A DNA stretch of 32,000 nt from contig NZ_CP009505.1 in assembly GCF_000970045.1 (NCBI RefSeq), positions 2,782,808 through 2,814,807 on the forward strand, written 5' to 3'. The position numbers and the translations under genes are program-made. Below, piece after piece: positions 1-6,761 of the stretch. Below the pieces are notes generated by a model. That model was not told where the DNA came from and made no database searches. It worked only from the letters and a program-made list of their open reading frames with translations. This DNA is from Methanosarcina sp. MTP4. Lineage in GTDB: Archaea > Halobacteriota > Methanosarcinia > Methanosarcinales > Methanosarcinaceae. How positions within the stretch are numbered: the first letter of the stretch is position 1; every line of letters begins with the position of its first letter.

Positions 1-255
1 GATTTTCCGGTCCACGAGTGCTTCCACTTTCTCCTTAACTTCCGCCCACACATCCACATGCGATGCCGGCCAGAAGATCCCGACAAGGGCACTTAAAGCA
101 AAACCCACTACCGGAATTTTACCGAGAGATGCGGATATGACCACTTTTGCCGCATTATTATAATCGAACTCATAGTCAACCTGAGTGGAATACACTACAT
201 GTTCAAGCCCGTCCTCCGTAACCCGAACTCTTGCCATAACTTGATTATTACTCAT
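1..255 (-). CDS. N-terminal 85 codons of a gene running off the left edge. The N-terminus resembles helical domain I of three-domain Cry/delta-endotoxin-like proteins.
   Basis: Not in the ORF track because the window truncates it. Own minus-strand translation from ATG 255-253, open to position 1: MSNNQVMARVRVTEDGLEHVVYSTQVDYEFDYNNAAKVVISASLGKIPVVGFALSALVGIFWPASHVDVWAEVKEKVEALVDRKI. GGGGAG lies 7 nt upstream of the ATG. The block IPVVGFALSALVGIFWP..DVW....VEALVDRKI resembles, from memory, the Cry1A block [38 protein letters not shown]. Confidence 0.45.
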   Translation of the reverse strand, partial: MSNNQVMARVRVTEDGLEHVVYSTQVDYEFDYNNAAKVVISASLGKIPVVGFALSALVGIFWPASHVDVWAEVKEKVEALVDRKI

Positions 256-683
256 TACGATTCTCCCCATAGAATTTTTTCCATTCCAAATATATTTCCA
301 TAAACTTCTCGTGAAGTCATGAAGATTGGTCTATCTACACTTTGAAGGTTCAAATTTTCAGGAATATACGCCATTTAGGCGAAATTTTATTGCACAACAT
401 ATACATACTTTATCATATTTTATAGTATGTTCCATTGAAAGTTGTTTAAGAACTTGTTGAAAATCCTTAAACCCCTCCCCAACCCAAAATCTTCCTCCTA
501 TCCAAACTCTCCTTACTCCATTTTTCCGAAAACAACTCGAAAAGGATTGAGAGATAACCCCAAGCCCCTTTTGCCCCTCTTTTCTCTCTTGAATTTTCGT
601 CCTAGATATAATTATATAAATACAGCCCATAACCTGATTCTGTCAGATGATATTGATTTTTTCAAAATTAAGGGGGCTATGGA

Positions 684-1124
684 ATGACTACAGGTGTAAC
701 CAATCTTGACAAAAGTATTGAGCTTACCAATGTCTGGCTGAATGAAATTCTTGACCAGTTACAGTGGGAGAGCAAGAAAAGCGCATACCAGGCACTCCGG
801 GGCACACTGCACACCCTCAGGGACAGGCTCAGGATAGAAGAAGCAGTCCAGCTTTCAACCCAGCTGCCCCTTGTGATTAAAGGTGTGTACTATGACGGCT
901 GGACCCTTCGGGACAAACCGGAGAAATTACACAAAGAAGAGTTTGTAAGAACTGTCCACGAACAATTCAATTTTGATGAAAAAATTAACCCTGAAGAGGT
1001 TATCCGGGCAGTCCTGCGTGTCATGTACAAACATATGGGCGAAGGCGAACTCGGAGACGTTAGAAGCAATATGCCAGCCGATATCCAGGAACTGTTCCCG
1101 CAAGAGATCATGCCGAAGCAGTGA
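684..1124 (+). CDS. DUF2267-family protein (146 aa)
   Basis: ORF track. GGGGG lies 7 nt upstream of the ATG. The segments ALRGTLHTLRDRL..EEAVQLSTQLPLVIKGVYYDGW and IRAVLRVMYKHMGEGELGDVRSNMP match my recollection of the DUF2267 repeat pattern. Confidence 0.65.
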   Translation: MTTGVTNLDKSIELTNVWLNEILDQLQWESKKSAYQALRGTLHTLRDRLRIEEAVQLSTQLPLVIKGVYYDGWTLRDKPEKLHKEEFVRTVHEQFNFDEKINPEEVIRAVLRVMYKHMGEGELGDVRSNMPADIQELFPQEIMPKQ

Positions 1125-1220
1125 GATATGAATGATACCGGTCTAAATTGAATTTGCTTTTGAAGGAGTTTTTCCTTTTTTACTCAATTTTTTACTTTGG
1201 ATACATCTAATGAAAAAAAG

Positions 1221-1242
1221 ATGTGATGATATTTCATCACAT
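1221..1242. terminator. Hairpin between convergent genes (possible bidirectional terminator)
   Basis: Perfect 9-bp inverted repeat ATGTGATGA-tatt-TCATCACAT between the 3' ends of the DUF2267 gene and rnc. T-runs sit nearby (about 1170-1200). Confidence 0.35.
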
Positions 1243-1269
1243 GAAAATTCTTAAAAATCGGAGTTGTTT

Positions 1270-2037
1270 TTACGAAGAAACGTCCGGTTCATCTAAGCTT
1301 TGAAGATACTTTTCAGCAGCATCTTTTTGTGCGTCCTTTTTCTTTAAACCGTATCCGTAAGAAACTTCCTCACCATTGATAGATAGTAAATATGTAAATT
1401 GTTTTTTATGGTCAGGTCCTTCTTCATTAATCAGATTATACTCCAAATACGAATGTTTTTTGTCGCATCGTTCTTGCAGTTTTCTTTTTGGATTTGAAGA
1501 ATCTACTTTTCCTAAAGCACCTCTTATATCAAAAAAAGTATTCACAAAACCCTTTGCTCGAGGGTACCCCTGGTCAAGAAAAATAGCACCAATAATCGCT
1601 TCGATTACATTTGCATAAACATCTTCAACATTTACTAGCCCGTCTTGAAGTATATACTTGCCAAGGTTTATCTTACGTGCCAATGGAACCAAGCTTTCGT
1701 TAGGTACCAGAACTTGCTTTACGTCAGTTAGCGCTCCTTCGATTTTTTTGCCTTCAGTTTTGGCGTAGTCTTCTATTTCTTCATTATGATATGTGTATTC
1801 AGAAATAATAAGACCTAATACCGAATCTCCCAGATATTCTAATTTTTCATAATTATCATTTTCAAGACAATTCTTTTGTTTGAAAGTGTTCAGTTTTATT
1901 TTGTTACCGCTAAAGAAAGTTCCATGCAATAAAGCCTGTATCAAAAACGCAGGATTATTGAATGTGACACTGATCTTGTGCTGCACTTCATCCAAAAATT
2001 CCAGACTTACAGTTAAGTCACTGTTCAATTTATTCAT
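1270..2037 (-). CDS. rnc: Class-1 (bacterial-type) ribonuclease III with C-terminal dsRBD (255 aa)
   Basis: ORF track. RNase III signature NYEKLEYLGDSVLG, second catalytic block VYANVIEAIIGAIFLD, and a dsRBD-like C-terminus (NPKRKLQE...GPDHKKQF...KKKDAQKDAAEKYLQSL). Confidence 0.9.
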   Translation of the reverse strand: MNKLNSDLTVSLEFLDEVQHKISVTFNNPAFLIQALLHGTFFSGNKIKLNTFKQKNCLENDNYEKLEYLGDSVLGLIISEYTYHNEEIEDYAKTEGKKIEGALTDVKQVLVPNESLVPLARKINLGKYILQDGLVNVEDVYANVIEAIIGAIFLDQGYPRAKGFVNTFFDIRGALGKVDSSNPKRKLQERCDKKHSYLEYNLINEEGPDHKKQFTYLLSINGEEVSYGYGLKKKDAQKDAAEKYLQSLDEPDVSS

Positions 2038-2107
2038 GTAATTTCCTCATGTTTTCAACTTCATTTTCTGTTGCTAAACACAAGGAACCAACAACGAAAA
2101 AAACAAG

Positions 2108-2207
2108 GTATTAAAACAGGCTTGTAGTAAAAAACCCATGAAATCGTTTACTATAAAGCTAATAGTAAAAAATCACATGAAATCGGTTACCACAAGCCTG
2201 TTTTAAT
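2108..2207. repeat. 100-bp palindromic element: perfect 17-bp inverted repeat enclosing two 27/28-nt direct repeats
   Basis: TATTAAAACAGGCTTGT (2108-2124) is the exact reverse complement of ACAAGCCTGTTTTAATA (2191-2207). Inside are TAGTAAAAAACCCATGAAATCGTTTAC (2124-2150) and TAGTAAAAAATCACATGAAATCGGTTAC (2162-2189). The first also folds as TAGTAAA/TTTACTA. The element lies between the csa3 stop and the rnc start. Confidence 0.8.
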
Positions 2208-2350
2208 AGCCCATTTTTAAAGCTATTAATTCCTTCTTTTCAGTTAGCTGTTGTATTACAATAATTAAATAAGTTTCGGTTTTGTCCCGCTCGCGAAGCC
2301 GAGAGGCCTTTTCCAGTGAAAAAAAAGAAGTTGAAGAAGAAAATACCCTC

Positions 2351-2953
2351 TCAAATAGCAGCGATTTTGCCTGCATCTGTGATTTCGTACCCTTTTTCCC
2401 CGTCAGCGATATATCCCATTGCTTTGAGTTCACGCAGGTGGTTATAGGTCATTCCCTTTGAGATCCCTGCAGTTGCTGAAATCTGGGTAACTGCAGAAAC
2501 CCCGTTCTGGATCTGTTCAAGGATCAATTTTTTTGTTTCCGAGAGGTTAAAGCTAAGAACCGGAAAATCAATCATAAAACTATCCTCTTCGGTCACGTAT
2601 ACGATCCTTTGAACCATGTCATTCCTAGCGTACGCCCCAAAAAGCGCCCCAAAAGCCTGTGGCTTCCTGCCGCCCGAGACGTTGACGATTACATGGTTTC
2701 CTTTTGCATGCTCTTCTTCGATCAGTTCCGCAACATCTTTTGCAACCCGCACAGTGTCGTAAACGGCAGTGTACTTTTTCTCAACTTCTAGTGCATTTTT
2801 AAAAGTTTTCTCGATCATTTCCTCGGACAACAGCTTTTTTTCACCTGCCCCTTCCTCTGACAACATTATGATCTTCGAAGGAGAAAGCCGGGTCACACAG
2901 ATAATAACAGGTTCGAGGGCGTAGATGGTGGAGATGAGTGTGAGTTTTGGCAT
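2351..2953 (-). CDS. csa3: Csa3-like CRISPR-associated regulator (CARF domain + C-terminal winged HTH, 200 aa)
   Basis: ORF track. The N-terminal Rossmann-like part carries VNVSGGRKPQ (a CARF-type motif). The C-terminal part LILEQIQNGVSAVTQISATAGISKGMTYNHLRELKAMGYI is wHTH-like. The gene is divergent from the cas operon. Confidence 0.75.
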   Translation of the reverse strand: MPKLTLISTIYALEPVIICVTRLSPSKIIMLSEEGAGEKKLLSEEMIEKTFKNALEVEKKYTAVYDTVRVAKDVAELIEEEHAKGNHVIVNVSGGRKPQAFGALFGAYARNDMVQRIVYVTEEDSFMIDFPVLSFNLSETKKLILEQIQNGVSAVTQISATAGISKGMTYNHLRELKAMGYIADGEKGYEITDAGKIAAI

Positions 2954-3177
2954 TAGATGTTATGTATTGTAGGGGTTGCTTATATGTATTCCGATATGAG
3001 ATATAGGTTAGTTTTCATTATGTGTTAATTAATATAATTAAATTTAGAAATGTATATATAGAGTATTGATAATTAATCTTTATTGTTTACAAGTTAATGG
3101 TTTAATTTCAAAGAGGAACAGTTATAATGAATTAAATAGATTCATCTATTGCATTATTTTAAGAGGGTGTAGCTTCT

Positions 3178-5043
3178 GTGATCGAAGCGATGAAAGAAAT
3201 TGGTGAATATGCGCTCGAAAAAGAAAATAAGGATTTAAACGATTTCGTATCAATTTTAGTTGAGAATCCTGCAAGCAATGAAACTTATAAGCATGTATTC
3301 TGCATCAAGTTTGCTTCTAGCCAAGATAATTTTAAGTTTAAAGGAATTGAACATCAGGAGTATTCAAAAGAAAAAATTGCAAAATATCTCTACAAGAGAG
3401 GGTCATCTAATGGTCCAGACATCACTCCTACTGCAAGAGTCACAGAAATCAAAAAAACTTTTTCTAACAAGATCATAGGCTGGTTCTCAAAGCCTTTGAA
3501 AGAAGCAAAACCTATATTGGATGGCGAAGAAGTACAATTTTTGGAGCTTCTTGGAAAGTGTATAAAAGGAAATGAAGATATAATACTTTCGGAGCTTGAA
3601 CCTAAAGTAAACTCGATCGATGCAAAGGAAAATTCGATATTAACCTTAGTTCTTGAAGAAAATGGCTTCATCAGATATGTTGGAGATTTTGAGGTATTTC
3701 GAAAAATCCTTAAAAATAATGGGGCTTCTAAATTTTACCGCAAATATGATATTATCTCTAGAGATGATGATAAAGTATGTTCGGTTTGCAAAACACATAA
3801 AGAAGTTTATGGTTTCGTTACACCTTATGAATTTTATACCGTAGATAAACGGGGGTTTGTTAGCGGGGGGTTTGACCAAAGTAAGGCATGGAGAAACAAT
3901 CCCATTTGCCTTGAATGCGCCTTGAAAATCAAAGTGGGAAAAGAATATATTGAGAAATACATGTCTTTTGGTTTTTATGGATTCAATTTTCTCCTTATCC
4001 CAAAGTTACTTAATAAGAGTGCAAAAGAAGCTATTTTCGATGTTTTTGAGAATTTCAATGAGAAAAAATTTGCTTTTAATAAGGAATATGAAAATTTCTT
4101 ACAGGCTAATGAAAACGATATCCTTGAAATTCTAAGTGAAACGAACGATTATCTTAATTTTAATTTTCAATTTTATGAAAAATCCAATTCTTCATATCGA
4201 ATTCTTTTGTATATAGAGGGGGTTCGACCTTCAAGGCTAAGAGAACTTTTCAAATCCAAAGGAATAGTTGACAAGAGAAAAATATTCAGTAACTATTTCT
4301 CTAATGATACTGAAACAAAATCAATTCAATTCACATTAGGTAATGTAAGGTGTTTTTTCCCGAATACTCCAGATGACCCTGATACAAACAAATATTTTTT
4401 AGAAGTTGCAAATGGGATATTTACGGGAACATCAATTGATTACAATTTTTTATTAAAGTATATAATGCAGCGTATTAGAAAAGATTTCAGGAAGGAAAAT
4501 CCCATTAGGTATTCACTATTTCAAGGGTTCCAAATGTTAGATTTCTTAAGTCAGCTGCATTTGCTTGGGAATTATAATGGAGGTAAATGTGTGAATTCTA
4601 AGAATTTATCGGTTTTATTAGATGATATAGCACCAAAGGAAAACAGTGGTTACGAGGAACGGACAAATATTATCTTTTCGGAATTTGAATCCTTTTTCAA
4701 TACTGACGCAAAGAAGGCTATTTTTTTAGAAGGTACACTGGTCCAGTATCTACTAAATATTCAAAAAAGCCAGCGTGGAAGCACTCCTTTCAGAACAAAA
4801 CTTCGAGGCCTGAATCTTGATGAGCGTTATGTGAAAAGGATCTTCCCTGAAATCATAAATAAACTAGAAGAGTATGATTCAAATTATTATAAAGAACTCG
4901 AAAATCTGATCTCTAAATACATGATTCAATCAGGCACTGATTGGAAAATGCCAAACGATGAAATCAGTTTTTATTTTGTTTTAGGTATGAATATGTCAAA
5001 CCTTTTAAAGCCACCTAAATCTGAGAAGGAGGTAAAAAAATGA
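3178..5043 (+). CDS. cas8b: Cas8b (Csh1-like) large subunit of type I-B Cascade (621 aa)
   Basis: ORF track. GTG start, with GAGGG (3163-3167) 10 nt upstream. It is first in the operon and followed by cas7/cas5. It has a Cys-rich block CSVCK...CLEC. The stop overlaps the cas7 start (ATGA at 5040-5043). Confidence 0.8.
   Translation: MIEAMKEIGEYALEKENKDLNDFVSILVENPASNETYKHVFCIKFASSQDNFKFKGIEHQEYSKEKIAKYLYKRGSSNGPDITPTARVTEIKKTFSNKIIGWFSKPLKEAKPILDGEEVQFLELLGKCIKGNEDIILSELEPKVNSIDAKENSILTLVLEENGFIRYVGDFEVFRKILKNNGASKFYRKYDIISRDDDKVCSVCKTHKEVYGFVTPYEFYTVDKRGFVSGGFDQSKAWRNNPICLECALKIKVGKEYIEKYMSFGFYGFNFLLIPKLLNKSAKEAIFDVFENFNEKKFAFNKEYENFLQANENDILEILSETNDYLNFNFQFYEKSNSSYRILLYIEGVRPSRLRELFKSKGIVDKRKIFSNYFSNDTETKSIQFTLGNVRCFFPNTPDDPDTNKYFLEVANGIFTGTSIDYNFLLKYIMQRIRKDFRKENPIRYSLFQGFQMLDFLSQLHLLGNYNGGKCVNSKNLSVLLDDIAPKENSGYEERTNIIFSEFESFFNTDAKKAIFLEGTLVQYLLNIQKSQRGSTPFRTKLRGLNLDERYVKRIFPEIINKLEEYDSNYYKELENLISKYMIQSGTDWKMPNDEISFYFVLGMNMSNLLKPPKSEKEVKK
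4591..5043 (+). CDS. Candidate internally translated Cas11-like small subunit (C-terminal 150 aa of the cas8b frame)
   Basis: A strong GGAGGT (4579-4584) sits 6 nt upstream of an in-frame GTG (4591) inside cas8b. Established knowledge: I-B, I-C and I-D systems make Cas11 by internal initiation in the cas8 3' region. No separate cas11 gene is present here. Confidence 0.35.
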   Translation: MNSKNLSVLLDDIAPKENSGYEERTNIIFSEFESFFNTDAKKAIFLEGTLVQYLLNIQKSQRGSTPFRTKLRGLNLDERYVKRIFPEIINKLEEYDSNYYKELENLISKYMIQSGTDWKMPNDEISFYFVLGMNMSNLLKPPKSEKEVKK

Positions 5044-6050
5044 CTGAAGTATACAGAAGGTCTGAAATTGTATTTTTGTATGATCTGAAAGATGGGAATC
5101 CAAATGGAGACCCACTTGATGAAAACAAACCAAGGATTGATGAAGAGACAGGGATAAACCTCGTAACAGATGTTAGATTCAAGAGAACCATTAGGGATTA
5201 TCTCAATAAGTTTAGAAATGAAGAAATTTTTGTGAGAGAAATTTCAGACGAGAGGGGAGACATCCAAAATGCAAAACTGAGAGCTAGAGATTTTTTAACG
5301 ACTAAAGAGCCTCTCGATGCTTTTGAAACAGGGAAAAAGAACATCGATGAAAATATTTTAAATAAATGTATCGACGTTCGTCTTTTTGGTTGCACTGTGC
5401 CTCTTGAACTTAAAGTCCAAAACAAAAAAGAGAAAGAAAAAGAAAAAGAAAAAGAAAAAGAGAAAACAGGTTCAATAACCCACACTGGTCCTGTACAGTT
5501 TAAGATTGGAAGATCAATGCACAAAGTGTTCATGAAACATTTTAGGGGAACCGGAGCATTTGCGTCCAAGGAAGGAGCCAGCCAGAAAACCTTCCGAGAA
5601 GAAGATTTCTTGCCTTATTCTTTGATAATTTTTTACGGAATTATCAATGAAAATGCGGCAAAGGATACAAAACTTTCTGAGGAAGATGTAGATCTGCTTC
5701 TTGATGGAATGTGGAATGGAACTAAGAATCTGATTTCCAGGTCAAAAGTAGGACAGGTTCCCCGTCTCTTGTTTAAAGTAAACTACAAAGAGGGAAATTA
5801 TCACATTGGAGACCTGAACAACCTTTTCAATCTCAAATCTGACCTGATTGATGAAGAAATTAGGGACATCTCGCAGGTAAGGATTGATGTTCAGAGGCTG
5901 GTTGAGGTATTGGGTAAAAACAAAGACAAAATTGAAAATATCCAGTTATGTCTGGATGGGTCTCTTGTATTCATATATGGCGGAGAAGAGACTGACATCG
6001 AGAAGTGTCTTAATGAAGCAGGGATCAGCACTGAACAATTATCAATGTGA
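5040..6050 (+). CDS. cas7: Cas7 (Csh2-type) Cascade backbone subunit (336 aa)
   Basis: ORF track. The N-terminal FLYDLKDGNPNGDPLDENKPRID motif is typical of the Csh2/Csd2 Cas7 family. Operon position supports the call. Confidence 0.9.
   Translation: MTEVYRRSEIVFLYDLKDGNPNGDPLDENKPRIDEETGINLVTDVRFKRTIRDYLNKFRNEEIFVREISDERGDIQNAKLRARDFLTTKEPLDAFETGKKNIDENILNKCIDVRLFGCTVPLELKVQNKKEKEKEKEKEKEKTGSITHTGPVQFKIGRSMHKVFMKHFRGTGAFASKEGASQKTFREEDFLPYSLIIFYGIINENAAKDTKLSEEDVDLLLDGMWNGTKNLISRSKVGQVPRLLFKVNYKEGNYHIGDLNNLFNLKSDLIDEEIRDISQVRIDVQRLVEVLGKNKDKIENIQLCLDGSLVFIYGGEETDIEKCLNEAGISTEQLSM
5424..5465 (+). repeat. In-frame purine hexanucleotide microsatellite (GAR-AAA)x6 inside cas7, encoding KKEKEKEKEKEKEK
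   Basis: Read directly: aaaaaagagaaagaaaaagaaaaagaaaaagaaaaagagaaa. It is in frame with the cas7 start at 5040. Confidence 0.9.
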
Positions 6051-6059
6051 GTTAAGAAC

Positions 6060-6761
6060 ATGAAAGTATTAGTTTTCGATGTATGGGGAGAATTTGGGCA
6101 TTTCCGAAAACACTATACTACAACTTCTCCCCTTACGTATTCCATTCCTCCTCGAACAGCTATTACTGGAATGATTGGTGCAATAGAAGGGCTAGGAAAA
6201 GATGAATACCTGAATTATTTCTCTAAAGAAGATGCAAATATTGCAGTAAAAATATGCTGTCCTATCAAAAAGACCAGAATTGCAGAGAATCTAATCGATA
6301 CCAAAATTGCTCCTATGATGAGCAGAATAAAGACCAGAACCCAGATCAGATTCGAGGTATTAAAAGATGTAAAATACAGGATATATTTTTCTCATTCCTC
6401 GGAAGAAGTATATAACAAACTTCATTCTATGTTAAAAGAACACAAGTCGGTGTATACTCTGTGCCTCGGTTTGAGTGAACACATTGCCAATTATGAATTC
6501 ATAGGGGAAACGGAGGCTGTCAGTGAACTTTCAGACTCCGAAAGGGAAATCCATTCTGTAATCCCCGAAAAAGAGCTCATAAAAATCAATTTCGAAGAAG
6601 GAAAAGAGTATTTCTCAGAGACTATTCCAATAGAAATGCTTCCCAATAGAGAAGTTACAGAATACGGCAAAGTTTTGTTTGAAAAAAATGGAAAAATTAT
6701 TGTTGCGAATGTAAATCATCTCTGGAGGCTTGAGAATGGAGAAGGAATTGTCTTCATGTGA
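6060..6761 (+). CDS. cas5: Cas5 (Cas5h/b) Cascade subunit (233 aa)
   Basis: ORF track. The N-terminus MKVLVFDVWGEFGHFRKHYTTTSPLTYSIPPRTAITGMIGAIEG is typical of Cas5. Operon position supports the call. Confidence 0.85.
   Translation: MKVLVFDVWGEFGHFRKHYTTTSPLTYSIPPRTAITGMIGAIEGLGKDEYLNYFSKEDANIAVKICCPIKKTRIAENLIDTKIAPMMSRIKTRTQIRFEVLKDVKYRIYFSHSSEEVYNKLHSMLKEHKSVYTLCLGLSEHIANYEFIGETEAVSELSDSEREIHSVIPEKELIKINFEEGKEYFSETIPIEMLPNREVTEYGKVLFEKNGKIIVANVNHLWRLENGEGIVFM

Noticed and set aside
358-687. Two overlapping ORFs (90 aa minus, 81 aa plus) in the gap upstream of the DUF2267 gene, and a 68-nt G-free pyrimidine tract (460-527)
   Set aside because: There is no RBS, and the low-complexity Pro/Ser/Leu translation derives from the C/T-rich tract. 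The ORFs overlap each other. The G-free tract is real but I cannot attach a function, so it is treated as promoter or UTR sequence.
2072-2098. Weak repeat-like strings left of the cas operon: ctaaacacaaggaaccaac (2076-2094) and tccgaaaacaactcgaaaaggattgagag (525-553)
   Set aside because: Only about 12-nt and 9-nt cores match (CTAAA-ACAAGGA and AAGGATTGA), with indels and no flanking similarity. This could be chance in 32 kb, so they are not counted among the solitary repeats.
2108-2207. Interpreting the 100-bp inverted-repeat element as a MITE
   Set aside because: No target-site duplication flanks it (aagg versus gccc) and no second copy is seen in this window. It cannot be excluded without a genome-wide search.
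2203-2433. 76-aa minus-strand ORF overlapping the csa3 3' end
   Set aside because: It overlaps csa3 in another frame and extends into AT-rich intergenic sequence. No support.
1125-3177. Search for a tracrRNA-like anti-repeat near the RNase III gene (reverse complement GTTTCAATCCTTGTTTTAGTGGATTTTGCTCACGGAC)
   Set aside because: Reading both intergenic regions by eye, I found no convincing stretch complementary to the repeat. The best candidate, gttttcaacttcattttctgttg at about 2051, matches only scattered positions. A computational search (for example BLASTN word size 7) would be needed to be sure.
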